Virus record (IMG/VR): IMGVR_UViG_2531839647_000001
Location: 3,759-67,758 of that record
Length of the DNA stretch: 64,000 nt
Reading direction: 5' to 3' (one strand)
Source of the DNA: a virus
Taxonomy: Duplodnaviria; Caudoviricetes
A model generated the notes under the pieces. That model searched no databases, had not been told where the DNA came from, and saw only the letters and a program-made list of their open reading frames with translations. How positions within the stretch are numbered: position 1 is the first letter of the stretch; every line of letters begins with the position of its first letter. Positions 56,496 to 64,000 of the stretch are shown here, one piece after another. A program made the position numbers and the translations under genes.

Positions 56496-56941
56496 GCTTC
56501 ACCTTCCTGAGCTGGTTTATACAAGCTCACTTGTTCAGCAAAAGCCCAAGCATATTGACAAAAATTGTTGAATTTAGAGTTCAGTCTATCTTTTGAATGT
56601 TCTAACACTTGCTTAGGTGTCTTAAGTGTGAATTCCTTAGATTCCTGATATGCCTTTCTTCCTACTCCAGTACCCATTAAGACGGAATTTAAACTTATAT
56701 AAAGTTGCTCCTTCTCCTGTGAAAGTACTTCATTAAGAGTTTCGACAAAATTTGTACCGAAATTGGAAATGAACCATTCATCATGTCCACCAAAAATAAA
56801 TGGTGGTATTGCCTTTTCACCATCTATGGATATCGCTGGATATTGTCCATGACATAAAGAGCAAACGACTAAAGCAGCAATTTTTAAATTAGGTGCTTCA
56901 AAACTGAATTTTTCTTGATGTTTACTGATTTCATAAATCAT
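56492..56941 (-). CDS. Hypothetical protein
   Basis: Coupled ORF in the early operon. Confidence 0.6.
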   Translation of the reverse strand: MIYEISKHQEKFSFEAPNLKIAALVVCSLCHGQYPAISIDGEKAIPPFIFGGHDEWFISNFGTNFVETLNEVLSQEKEQLYISLNSVLMGTGVGRKAYQESKEFTLKTPKQVLEHSKDRLNSKFNNFCQYAWAFAEQVSLYKPAQEGEA

Positions 56942-57261
56942 TGAGCTTCCCCCACTTCAAAACGAGAATCTAAGAAAGCTTTATTCACTAGTCCTACGTA
57001 CCGTGACCAGCCAAAGTTTTCTTGCCAAAACCACCAATTGTTCTGATCATCACGCTTCCACGGTGTACTTTCAGAATCTGTATGGTTAGTTCCAAACGGC
57101 CAAACCATTTTTGACGTTTTGTCTTCATCGGTTTGAAGTTCTACGATTTGATGCGGGGCATCTTGTTTAATAAGACAGGTTGAGCACTGTTCTTCATTAA
57201 AATCAGTGCATTTGCCTGAGCAAGGATGATTTGCTAAATTACTCACGTTCATTTCTTCCAA
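56938..57261 (-). CDS. Hypothetical protein
   Basis: Coupled ORF, rich in Cys and Trp. Confidence 0.55.
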   Translation of the reverse strand: MEEMNVSNLANHPCSGKCTDFNEEQCSTCLIKQDAPHQIVELQTDEDKTSKMVWPFGTNHTDSESTPWKRDDQNNWWFWQENFGWSRYVGLVNKAFLDSRFEVGEAQ

Positions 57262-57278
57262 GGTTTTGAACAGCCATG

Positions 57279-57311
57279 ACCATTTCCTGTTGGCGCAGGA
57301 AGTGGTTTTTT
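57279..57311 (+). terminator. Antisense (oop-like) terminator at the 3' end of the cII-like gene
   Basis: accatttcctg-ttggcg-caggaagtggt-tttttt. Confidence 0.55.
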
Positions 57312-57684
57312 ATTTCCAGCTAAGTAGATCGAGCTGGACTGATTTATCACAAGCATTTGTATGCCGTGATTTTTCGGCCCGTAAAGGCACTAATTCAAAG
57401 GTATCTTCGGTATACCCGTTTTGTTTTGACCCAATAAAAACATTTCTGAGAAACTCATATTCAGTTTCAGCTTCTGAGATTTTTCTTGTGCAAATGTTTT
57501 TAATTACTTCTAGAGAGCTTTTATTAGCCATCTCACCTTCTACTTCTGAAATCTTTTTCTTACACATAGAGCGGATGAGATTTGATAGAGAATTCTTGCC
57601 CTCTAACTTGGCAATCCATTCCATCTTTGCTTTTTCTTCTAAAGATAATTTTGCTGAAGCATTTGCTAAAAGTTTTTCAGCCAT
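57310..57684 (-). CDS. CII-position regulatory protein (ribbon-helix-helix-like N-terminus)
   Basis: Directly downstream of cro; GAGGT RBS; C-terminus QLDLL. Confidence 0.5.
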   Translation of the reverse strand: MAEKLLANASAKLSLEEKAKMEWIAKLEGKNSLSNLIRSMCKKKISEVEGEMANKSSLEVIKNICTRKISEAETEYEFLRNVFIGSKQNGYTEDTFELVPLRAEKSRHTNACDKSVQLDLLSWK

Positions 57685-57719
57685 ACATACCTCATTACAT
57701 AGATATAGAGAGAAAACCT

Positions 57720-57923
57720 TTAAGAAGTTTTGGATTGGACGTTTTTCTTTTCACGATTTACGAAAGCATCTAATGCCACACCTTTTTCATATCCAATATT
57801 TTTTTGGGTGTTATTTAAAATCCGAGAAACTGAACTTTGCTCAATCCCGGTTTCTTCACTTACTTGTTGTTGGGTGAACCCACGAGTGCTTGTTAAAAAA
57901 AGGATTTTTTCTTTAAGTGTCAT
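57720..57923 (-). CDS. cro: Cro-like HTH repressor
   Basis: GFTQQQVSEETGIEQSSVSRIL; divergent from cI. Confidence 0.85.
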   Translation of the reverse strand: MTLKEKILFLTSTRGFTQQQVSEETGIEQSSVSRILNNTQKNIGYEKGVALDAFVNREKKNVQSKTS

Positions 57924-57956
57924 AATTAGCTCTTACGTCTAGACCGATTTATGCAA

Positions 57957-58027
57957 ATTATTATGCATATTTGCATTATCGTCAATGCATAAGTGAGTTA
58001 TTTTACCCAAATTATGCGTTTGCGCAT
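57957..58027. promoter_or_regulatory. OR region: PR-like promoter (minus strand TTGACG-17-AATAAT, 57985-57957) and operators
   Basis: ATGCA-tatt-TGCAT at 57963-57976, ATGCG-tttg-CGCAT at 58014-58027, partial site ATGCA-taag-TGAGT at 57985-57998. Confidence 0.75.
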
Positions 58028-58050
58028 AAAATGGTTTCGCGGAATTACTG

Positions 58051-58824
58051 GTGAAATCTATGAATTACCTGAAATCGAATCTTGAATACTTGCTTAATAA
58101 ACATGAAACAAATCCAAATGATCTTGAGCAAAAGAATCCAGAGATTAAGCAATCGACTGTTTTCCGCATTTTGAACGGAATTACTAAAGATCCTAGACGC
58201 TCTACATTAGAACCTATTGCTAAATGGGCAGGCGTTACTGTTAATGAATTATTTGATAAAGACTTATCTTTATTAGAAAGAAATCAAAATCAACATAATC
58301 CAGGTCCTGATAACAATAAAATTTACGATACCGAAATTCATTTATATGAAGAAGGTGACCCTATCCCTGATGGTTATGTAGCTATTGATTTCTATAGTGA
58401 AATTAAAGTTAGTGCCGGAGGTGGTTACTTGAATATAGAGCAGCAAAGCCCGCATAAATTCTTATTTCCAGTGAATGAAATTAGAAGGTATGACGTAAAA
58501 CCAGACTGTGCAAAAGTCATCGTTGTGGATGGTGAAAGCATGGTGCCAGACCTTTATCCAGGTCAAAGAATATCTATTGATACATCAGCAAAAAGAATTT
58601 TTGATGGTGAAATTTATGCCTTTTTAAGAGGTGATGAATTGAAAATCAAAATGTTATTTGAATGGAATGAACAAGGTAGAGGTGGTTTTAAAGCTGTTTC
58701 TCGTAACACTGACAAAGTTAAATATCCTGATGAATACTACTCTCCAGCTCGGATTGAGGCTGAAAATGTTCAAATCATTGGTCAATATTGGTGGAAATCC
58801 GAAGGTCGCAAGGTGAGACGTTAA
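58051..58824 (+). CDS. cI: CI-like repressor (HTH plus S24 autopeptidase)
   Basis: QSTVFRILNG HTH; SAGGG cleavage site; GESM Ser; KIK Lys. Confidence 0.9.
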   Translation: MKSMNYLKSNLEYLLNKHETNPNDLEQKNPEIKQSTVFRILNGITKDPRRSTLEPIAKWAGVTVNELFDKDLSLLERNQNQHNPGPDNNKIYDTEIHLYEEGDPIPDGYVAIDFYSEIKVSAGGGYLNIEQQSPHKFLFPVNEIRRYDVKPDCAKVIVVDGESMVPDLYPGQRISIDTSAKRIFDGEIYAFLRGDELKIKMLFEWNEQGRGGFKAVSRNTDKVKYPDEYYSPARIEAENVQIIGQYWWKSEGRKVRR

Positions 58825-58827
58825 GTT

Positions 58828-59112
58828 ATGAAAAATACTGAAGTTACCACTGCTGACTTGATTGGTAGACAAGCTCTTCTCACAACATTTGTTGAAGAGG
58901 TTGTAAGATCATCACCTGATATAGCTGCATCGATTCTCATGAATATAAAACAACTCACAAATGAGCATCATCCTCTTGTAACTCAAGCATTTACAATGGA
59001 TCATTTTGAAAATCATGATATGGCAGGCAACATTATTAAAAATGCTTTGCATGGTTTTGACATGGAATTAGCAAGAATGCTTAAGCTTACAGTTGAAAAT
59101 TTAAAGATTTAA
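58828..59112 (+). CDS. Hypothetical protein co-transcribed with cI (rex position)
   Basis: Starts 3 bp after the cI stop; followed by a terminator. Confidence 0.65.
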   Translation: MKNTEVTTADLIGRQALLTTFVEEVVRSSPDIAASILMNIKQLTNEHHPLVTQAFTMDHFENHDMAGNIIKNALHGFDMELARMLKLTVENLKI

Positions 59113-59165
59113 TCTATTCATTCAGTAAATTAACTTTTTAAATTAATAGTTTAATCCTCATCCCG

Positions 59166-59192
59166 AAAAACCGCTCTAGTAGCGGTTTTTTT
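59166..59192. terminator. Terminator after the cI operon
   Basis: aaaaaccgct-ctagt-agcggttttttt. Confidence 0.75.
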
Positions 59193-59220
59193 ATTGCCTG
59201 CTAATTAAAAAATAAAAATA

Positions 59221-59272
59221 ATGCACATTTGCATAATGCAGTATTGCATTAAGTTATGCACTTATGCATAAT
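59221..59272 (+). promoter_or_regulatory. OL region: three ATGCA-N4-TGCAT operators overlapping a PL-like promoter TTGCAT-17-CATAAT
   Basis: Operators at 59221-59234, 59236-59249 and 59256-59269; -35 at 59244-59249, -10 at 59267-59272. Confidence 0.8.
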
Positions 59273-59303
59273 AATTTCACCAACACATCTAACAGTGAAT
59301 TAA

Positions 59304-59639
59304 ATGATGACTAATTTACGCCCTACAGATTGCGATGAATTCATTAATGACATTGACGGCGGTGCATTCGCTGACCAGCTAAGTCATGCAGTTAGTAAAG
59401 TTGCTTCTGCTGCAATGGAAACTCAAAAAGTAGGCGTAATTACTATCCAACTTAAGTTCTCTAAAGGTGCTGGTCACAACAACATAACTGTAGAACATAA
59501 ATTAGTTTCAAATGCCCCACTTCCTAAAGGCAAATGTGTGGAAGAGCATAGAGATAAAACACCCATGTATGTAAATACGGGTGGAGATGTATCTCTATTT
59601 GCTAAACATACTGAGCAGCTTTTTGAAGCAAAAGCTTAG
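59304..59639 (+). CDS. YfdP-like prophage protein
   Basis: TD..EF..D.DGG.F..QLS.A.S.VA...TPMYV..GG..SLF pattern. Confidence 0.55.
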   Translation: MMTNLRPTDCDEFINDIDGGAFADQLSHAVSKVASAAMETQKVGVITIQLKFSKGAGHNNITVEHKLVSNAPLPKGKCVEEHRDKTPMYVNTGGDVSLFAKHTEQLFEAKA

Positions 59640-59644
59640 AAATG

Positions 59645-59685
59645 AAAAAAGCCCCGAAAACTTTGGACGGCTATCAGGGCTTTTT
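59645..59685. terminator. Terminator-like hairpin after the first PL gene
   Basis: aaaaaagccc...ctttggacgg...gggcttttt. Confidence 0.55.
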
Positions 59686-59719
59686 CCTACCAATACTGTG
59701 CGTATTAAGGCGATTTATT

Positions 59720-60049
59720 ATGAATCAGAAATACATAGGCAGTCAATCTGCCCCATCTACCCCTATTTGTTTTGTACCTGAACTAAGTGGGAATAAAACA
59801 AATAAACCGGCTACTTCTAAGCTTTATCAGCATCCATCAGCAGAGGATCTAAAGTTTAAAAAAGATAGTAAATGGCCGTATTTTTTATGCTTCCTTATAT
59901 TTAGTGCATTAGCTATTGCCTTTCTTTATGCATGTGATGCAGAAGCCCAAGTGCGTGAGCAGAAGGCACAACATTGGCAACAACAATTTAACTCAGGCGA
60001 ACCAGTTGAAGTCCAAGTACGAGTAGTGAAATTAGGTGGTGCACAATGA
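59720..60049 (+). CDS. Single-TM hypothetical protein
   Basis: Start moved to ATG 59720 (AAGG RBS), after the hairpin. Confidence 0.55.
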   Translation: MNQKYIGSQSAPSTPICFVPELSGNKTNKPATSKLYQHPSAEDLKFKKDSKWPYFLCFLIFSALAIAFLYACDAEAQVREQKAQHWQQQFNSGEPVEVQVRVVKLGGAQ

Positions 60050-60417
60050 GAACTAATTTTTTACGTGGTGCGAAAAGAACACAAAATTTTGCAAATGGCC
60101 AAGCTAATCCAAAAACCCCTTTCCGTGAGTTTATTGGGAAAGATGAAGAGCGTGGTTTATACAAAGTACGTTTAGGACCTACTATTTATGCAGCAAATCA
60201 CACGCTAACTCGCGTTTATACAATTGATGAAGCTGGTGAATTAATTCCTGTTTCACAATATACGTTAAATACCAAAGAATGGATTTTACGCAATTTACAA
60301 ACTGAAATTAAATTTCGTAGAGGACGCGAGTTAGATCAAATTCTTCAAAAAACACACATCCCTTCCACTGATCGGAAAGCTTACAAAATGCGCCGTGGTT
60401 TTTCAGGTACACGATAG
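60046..60417 (+). CDS. Hypothetical protein
   Basis: Coupled ORF. Confidence 0.6.
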   Translation: MRTNFLRGAKRTQNFANGQANPKTPFREFIGKDEERGLYKVRLGPTIYAANHTLTRVYTIDEAGELIPVSQYTLNTKEWILRNLQTEIKFRRGRELDQILQKTHIPSTDRKAYKMRRGFSGTR

Positions 60418-60431
60418 TTGGGGTCAGTTTA

Positions 60432-61112
60432 ATGAAAGCACTAATTGTTGACACTGAAACCAATACATTAAATGGTTATCCAATCGAAATTGCTTACACG
60501 CCATTTAGCTTCGAATGCGGCCAAATTCATATTCACAAAGATCATGCATTTAGTCGGTATTTCTCTTGTCCAGAACCAATTGATATTGAAGCAATGGCTG
60601 TGCACAACATCATTGAGGCGGATATTGAAGGTCAACCAAGCTGCGAATCGTTCCGGCTACCAGAAGGTGTTGAGTTCATAGTCGGCCACAATATTGATTA
60701 CGACATCAAAGCTCTCAATAAATGTGGTCCGGCAATTAAGGCAAAGACTATTTGCACTTTAGCTTTAGCTAGGGATGTCTGGCCTAATTTACCAAGTCAT
60801 AAGTTGGCTGTTCTTTACTATTTCGTGATGAGCAACCGAGAAGAAGCACGAAAGCATTTAAGACATGCACATTCAGCTCGGGCGGATGTTTATTTTACTG
60901 GGATTATTCTGATAGCTCTTATTGAACGGTTGGGAATTAAAGATCTGAACTCATTATTCCTTATGTCTGAAGCAGTGCGTTTACCCAAAATAATGACATG
61001 GGGTAAACATAAAGGAACTCCGCTTAAAGAGCTTCCTAGACCATATATCTCATGGTTACTTGCCAAACAAGATTTAGATCTACATTTGCGTAAAGCACTA
61101 GAAAATATTTAA
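60432..61112 (+). CDS. DEDDh 3'-5' exonuclease (ExoX-like)
   Basis: VDTET, VGHNIDYD, HSARAD; C-terminal WGKHKG...YISWL. Confidence 0.85.
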   Translation: MKALIVDTETNTLNGYPIEIAYTPFSFECGQIHIHKDHAFSRYFSCPEPIDIEAMAVHNIIEADIEGQPSCESFRLPEGVEFIVGHNIDYDIKALNKCGPAIKAKTICTLALARDVWPNLPSHKLAVLYYFVMSNREEARKHLRHAHSARADVYFTGIILIALIERLGIKDLNSLFLMSEAVRLPKIMTWGKHKGTPLKELPRPYISWLLAKQDLDLHLRKALENI

Positions 61113-61124
61113 AGGTTTGAGAAT

Positions 61125-62165
61125 ATGCAAACACAATTATTCACACCAGAAACATGGGCGGAGTTTACCCAACAACTCAAAAATTCTTGGGAAAAAGATA
61201 ACGCTGGTACTGATTCACCTATTTTCGTTGTTCAAGCAAAAAATATTGTCTGGGGTTTAGACCCTACACATGATTCAGTTGAAATAACGAATATTGTAGA
61301 TGTAGATCAAGACTCAAAATATAAATCTGTTGAAGAATTTTTTGAATCACTTAAAGCGACTGATAAACATGATTTAAATGGCTTAGCTATTGATGAAGAA
61401 GATGAGCTATTCCTCGATGTCAAAACATCTACACAATTCAACATTTTAACTGATTGGAATTGGAACGGGCACAACGTTCATATCTGCCATGGTAAATATT
61501 TTTGGGAAGACGTTAATTGCCATCTAACACGTTCAGCAGCTGAAGCATTTATTAAACGCAAATCACATGATTATGGTGAGTTACGTGTATTTGTAAAATC
61601 ACTTTATTGGTGTGATGAGTTTAAAAATCTACTGAATGCAATTATTAGTGGTGAAGTAGGTTTAACAAGTAAAGATGACGACAACATTCTAAGTGTTTTG
61701 GGTCCAATTGATTCCAAAGTAGATTCTGAATCTACACCTGTAGGGAAAACACCTAAGAAATCAAAAAAAGTAGAGACCAAAGTGGAAAACTGGACACGTT
61801 ACCATAATGGTAAACCTGTTGAGCCTAGCCCTTTATCTGAACTTATAGAAAAGCTAAAGAAAACCAAATCTGCTGATGATGCTAATAGTCTCATTGAGGA
61901 AACCAAAGACTGGGCTACTGAAGATCAGAGTTTATTTAAAACCGAATTAAATAAGCATTTAGTAATTATTGCTGGTCACTCTAAAGAAAATATTTCTATT
62001 GGGGAAAAGATCAGACAAGCAAAGGACCTGACTACATTAGATGCCCTTGAAATTGATATTTCTGAAGCTGATGAACGTATTCAAGAACGTCTAATGGAGC
62101 TGGTTGTAAAAAGAAGAAAAGAACTTGAGGTCGAAGGTAACTTTTTATTGGAGTCGCCTCAATGA
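61125..62165 (+). CDS. Hypothetical early protein (Ead/Ea22-like N-terminus)
   Basis: DNAGTDSPIFVVQ...HLTRSAAEAFI..K.H pattern. Confidence 0.55.
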   Translation: MQTQLFTPETWAEFTQQLKNSWEKDNAGTDSPIFVVQAKNIVWGLDPTHDSVEITNIVDVDQDSKYKSVEEFFESLKATDKHDLNGLAIDEEDELFLDVKTSTQFNILTDWNWNGHNVHICHGKYFWEDVNCHLTRSAAEAFIKRKSHDYGELRVFVKSLYWCDEFKNLLNAIISGEVGLTSKDDDNILSVLGPIDSKVDSESTPVGKTPKKSKKVETKVENWTRYHNGKPVEPSPLSELIEKLKKTKSADDANSLIEETKDWATEDQSLFKTELNKHLVIIAGHSKENISIGEKIRQAKDLTTLDALEIDISEADERIQERLMELVVKRRKELEVEGNFLLESPQ

Positions 62166-62302
62166 TTCAAATTTATAACAGCAAAACTAGAACTTTTACT
62201 GTGATCGGTAAACGAATACAGGTGTTTGCGAATGTTTCTCTCTATGAAACTGAAGACCTGCTAGCTAGGGCAATCCTTAAAGATGCCATTTGGAGATTTT
62301 GA
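62162..62302 (+). CDS. Small hypothetical protein (46 aa, below the ORF-track cut-off)
   Basis: ATGA overlap with the upstream gene, GGAG RBS, fills the gap exactly (MIQIYNSKTRTF...AIWRF). Confidence 0.55.
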   Translation: MIQIYNSKTRTFTVIGKRIQVFANVSLYETEDLLARAILKDAIWRF

Positions 62303-62593
62303 ATGATGCGACACATTCCAGATTCAATGTCATTTCCTTTCACCGTTTGGATGTGTGAAAACGGATTTTATCCTTCTCACAAGAATGGATTTATTGTTTT
62401 AAAGCGTGGAAAAGAAGTCGCAAAGATTTCCATGATAGAAACAAAAAACGGCTTTCCAATGAATGATATTTGCCAAAAGAAATTTGCTTCCTTTTGTAGA
62501 GCTTGGATGAATAGAGATAAACACTTTATTGAACAATTACGTATGCGTGGTTTAGCAAGATTAAATCAACAAAGTTATCAGATGGTGGCATAA
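62303..62593 (+). CDS. Hypothetical protein
   Basis: Coupled ORF. Confidence 0.6.
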   Translation: MMRHIPDSMSFPFTVWMCENGFYPSHKNGFIVLKRGKEVAKISMIETKNGFPMNDICQKKFASFCRAWMNRDKHFIEQLRMRGLARLNQQSYQMVA

Positions 62594-63085
62594 ATGAAAA
62601 AATTTAAATTGACTTGGTTAGAGCGTGTTTGTGATGAAGATGGATACACCCTTTATCACGAGAATAAATCACAAATTATCGAAGCTGTAAATGAAGATAA
62701 AGCTTGTGAAATGTGGGAACAAGAAAATGAGTTCAACGAAAATCAGAATGGTCTTGATGACTGTATTGAGGTGGTTGAACATCCTCTATTTAGTAAACAT
62801 TTGATAGTAACTATGCCAGATGGGCTTGACTATGGTGTACCTATTGAAGTCATTGCTCGCAACCGTGCTGAACATTATGCAAATGAATTTAATAATGACA
62901 TTGCTATTAGCCTAATTGAAGACACACTGCCACTATTTGAATCGGATGTGAACGAAATACACGACTGGGCAGCAAATAATATGAACTTTTCAGACGTTAA
63001 AGATCAAACAATAATTCTCAAAAAGAAGGTCGAAAAAGTCGACTATGAGGATGCTTGGTGTAATGGCGAATGGAAAGTGGTGTAA
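62594..63085 (+). CDS. Hypothetical protein
   Basis: Coupled ORF; IARNRAEHYA...DWAANNMN pattern. Confidence 0.6.
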   Translation: MKKFKLTWLERVCDEDGYTLYHENKSQIIEAVNEDKACEMWEQENEFNENQNGLDDCIEVVEHPLFSKHLIVTMPDGLDYGVPIEVIARNRAEHYANEFNNDIAISLIEDTLPLFESDVNEIHDWAANNMNFSDVKDQTIILKKKVEKVDYEDAWCNGEWKVV

Positions 63086-63090
63086 GGTGA

Positions 63091-63576
63091 ATGGCAATGG
63101 ATTTAAGTTTAGAGCTCAAAGACTTTATAAATGCCATGAAAAGAAATGGCTGTCCAATATGGATGTTTGAAACAGATGAAGAAGGCAACTTTGAAGATAT
63201 AACCATGTCTCATTCATGGTATGCATGGCAAGAAAAAGCCAAAGCTCAGGCGGTGCCATCACAAAAATTCTTTAGCCATGATTTTAATGGGGACGGCTTT
63301 AAATATCATGACTCTTTAGAAGAGGCACAAAAAGAAGCTGAATCAAGTCTCGATTGGTATAGAGATCGAGTAGCAGATGGACACCATGTAGGTGAAGATG
63401 GTGAATTTTATGAGCTATGTTACGGCGTTGTTATTGCATCGGCTGGTTATACAGTCGATGACGTTGTGAATGAAGAACATCATAAAAATGATGAGTTTAA
63501 AAACTACAAGGTGGGAACGGAAATCCTAAGTCTTCACTTAGAAACGTATAAAAGCACCTCAGGAGCTGAGGTGTGA
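63091..63576 (+). CDS. Hypothetical protein
   Basis: Coupled ORF; WYAWQEKAKAQAVP junction motif. Confidence 0.6.
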   Translation: MAMDLSLELKDFINAMKRNGCPIWMFETDEEGNFEDITMSHSWYAWQEKAKAQAVPSQKFFSHDFNGDGFKYHDSLEEAQKEAESSLDWYRDRVADGHHVGEDGEFYELCYGVVIASAGYTVDDVVNEEHHKNDEFKNYKVGTEILSLHLETYKSTSGAEV

Positions 63577-63767
63577 GTGGATTTGACTTTGAACAACTTT
63601 ATTTTTTAGCGATTCAAAATGCACCTAAAAAGCGTAAATCAGATACTAATTGGGTGCACGTTAGTAGATTGGGACCAGGTTCAACAAAAGCTCGGCAGAT
63701 ATGCGAATATTTTGGAGTAGATCCAGAAGGTACTATTTTCAGAAAAGTGGAAAATATGGAGGTCTAA
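63573..63767 (+). CDS. Hypothetical protein
   Basis: GTGA overlap; NWVHV..LG.GST.A..IC..FGVDP. Confidence 0.55.
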   Translation: MSGFDFEQLYFLAIQNAPKKRKSDTNWVHVSRLGPGSTKARQICEYFGVDPEGTIFRKVENMEV

Positions 63768-63772
63768 ATTTA

Positions 63773-64000
63773 ATGGCAATTTACATCTCAACTCCAGAGA
63801 TTTTACAAAGGTACAAAATTTCTAAAGGTACTTTAAAAAATATGCGGGAAAGGGGTTCCGACCCCTTTCCTGAGCCAATTGTTAGAGGTCATGGAAGAGC
63901 TACTAACTTATATGGTGTTAAAGCCGTAGCCTCTTGGGAAAGTAGAAATGGATATTTAGAAGCACTTGAAATTGAGCCTTTAATATCAAATCTTTCGTAG
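63773..64000 (+). CDS. xis: Excisionase / AlpA-type winged-helix protein
   Basis: GGAGG RBS; YISTPEILQRYKISKGTL....FPEP......V..WE; last gene of the PL operon, so an integrase is expected beyond the window. Confidence 0.7.
   Translation: MAIYISTPEILQRYKISKGTLKNMRERGSDPFPEPIVRGHGRATNLYGVKAVASWESRNGYLEALEIEPLISNLS

Larger units (their letters stand above)
1..64000. mobile_element. Temperate phage or prophage (both ends outside the window)
   Basis: Continuous phage gene content with no host housekeeping genes. Confidence 0.9.

Noticed and set aside
57266-57877. 203-aa plus-strand ORF
   Set aside because: Antisense shadow of cro and the cII-like gene, with no recognisable motifs
1-64000. CRISPR array, tRNA, rRNA, IS element, integrase or att site
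   Set aside because: None recognisable by eye; a small RNA could have been missed without covariance searches

Overview
The whole window is an AT-rich temperate phage or prophage. The host is probably Acinetobacter, inferred from composition and gene style and not shown by the sequence. The right end (~52-64 kb) is a lambdoid immunity and replication module: cI/cro/cII-like genes, ATGCA-N4-TGCAT operators, an O-like initiator with iterons, a DnaC-like loader, an MTase and an excisionase. The left and middle (~0.6-47 kb, nearly all minus strand) is a P1-like contractile-tail morphogenesis region split into many small operons. Main observations: (1) 13 copies of a phage-specific promoter, TGGAAC-N30-ANNNT, head every late operon, and most have a hairpin spanning the -10 box and the RBS; (2) a recurrent F-D-S motif concentrated in head proteins, a likely maturation-protease site that would free a PBECR-like nuclease; (3) DarA/DdrB/Hdf-like anti-restriction cargo; (4) a Tad1-like sponge in the same genome as SEFIR/TIR, HEPN and HNH defence-like morons; (5) a 149-aa mini-intein in the terminase Walker A; (6) a 3499-aa spike-fibre fusion; (7) an apparently split tail sheath. 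No integrase, att site or clear endolysin is inside the window. All family calls are by eye, without database searches.
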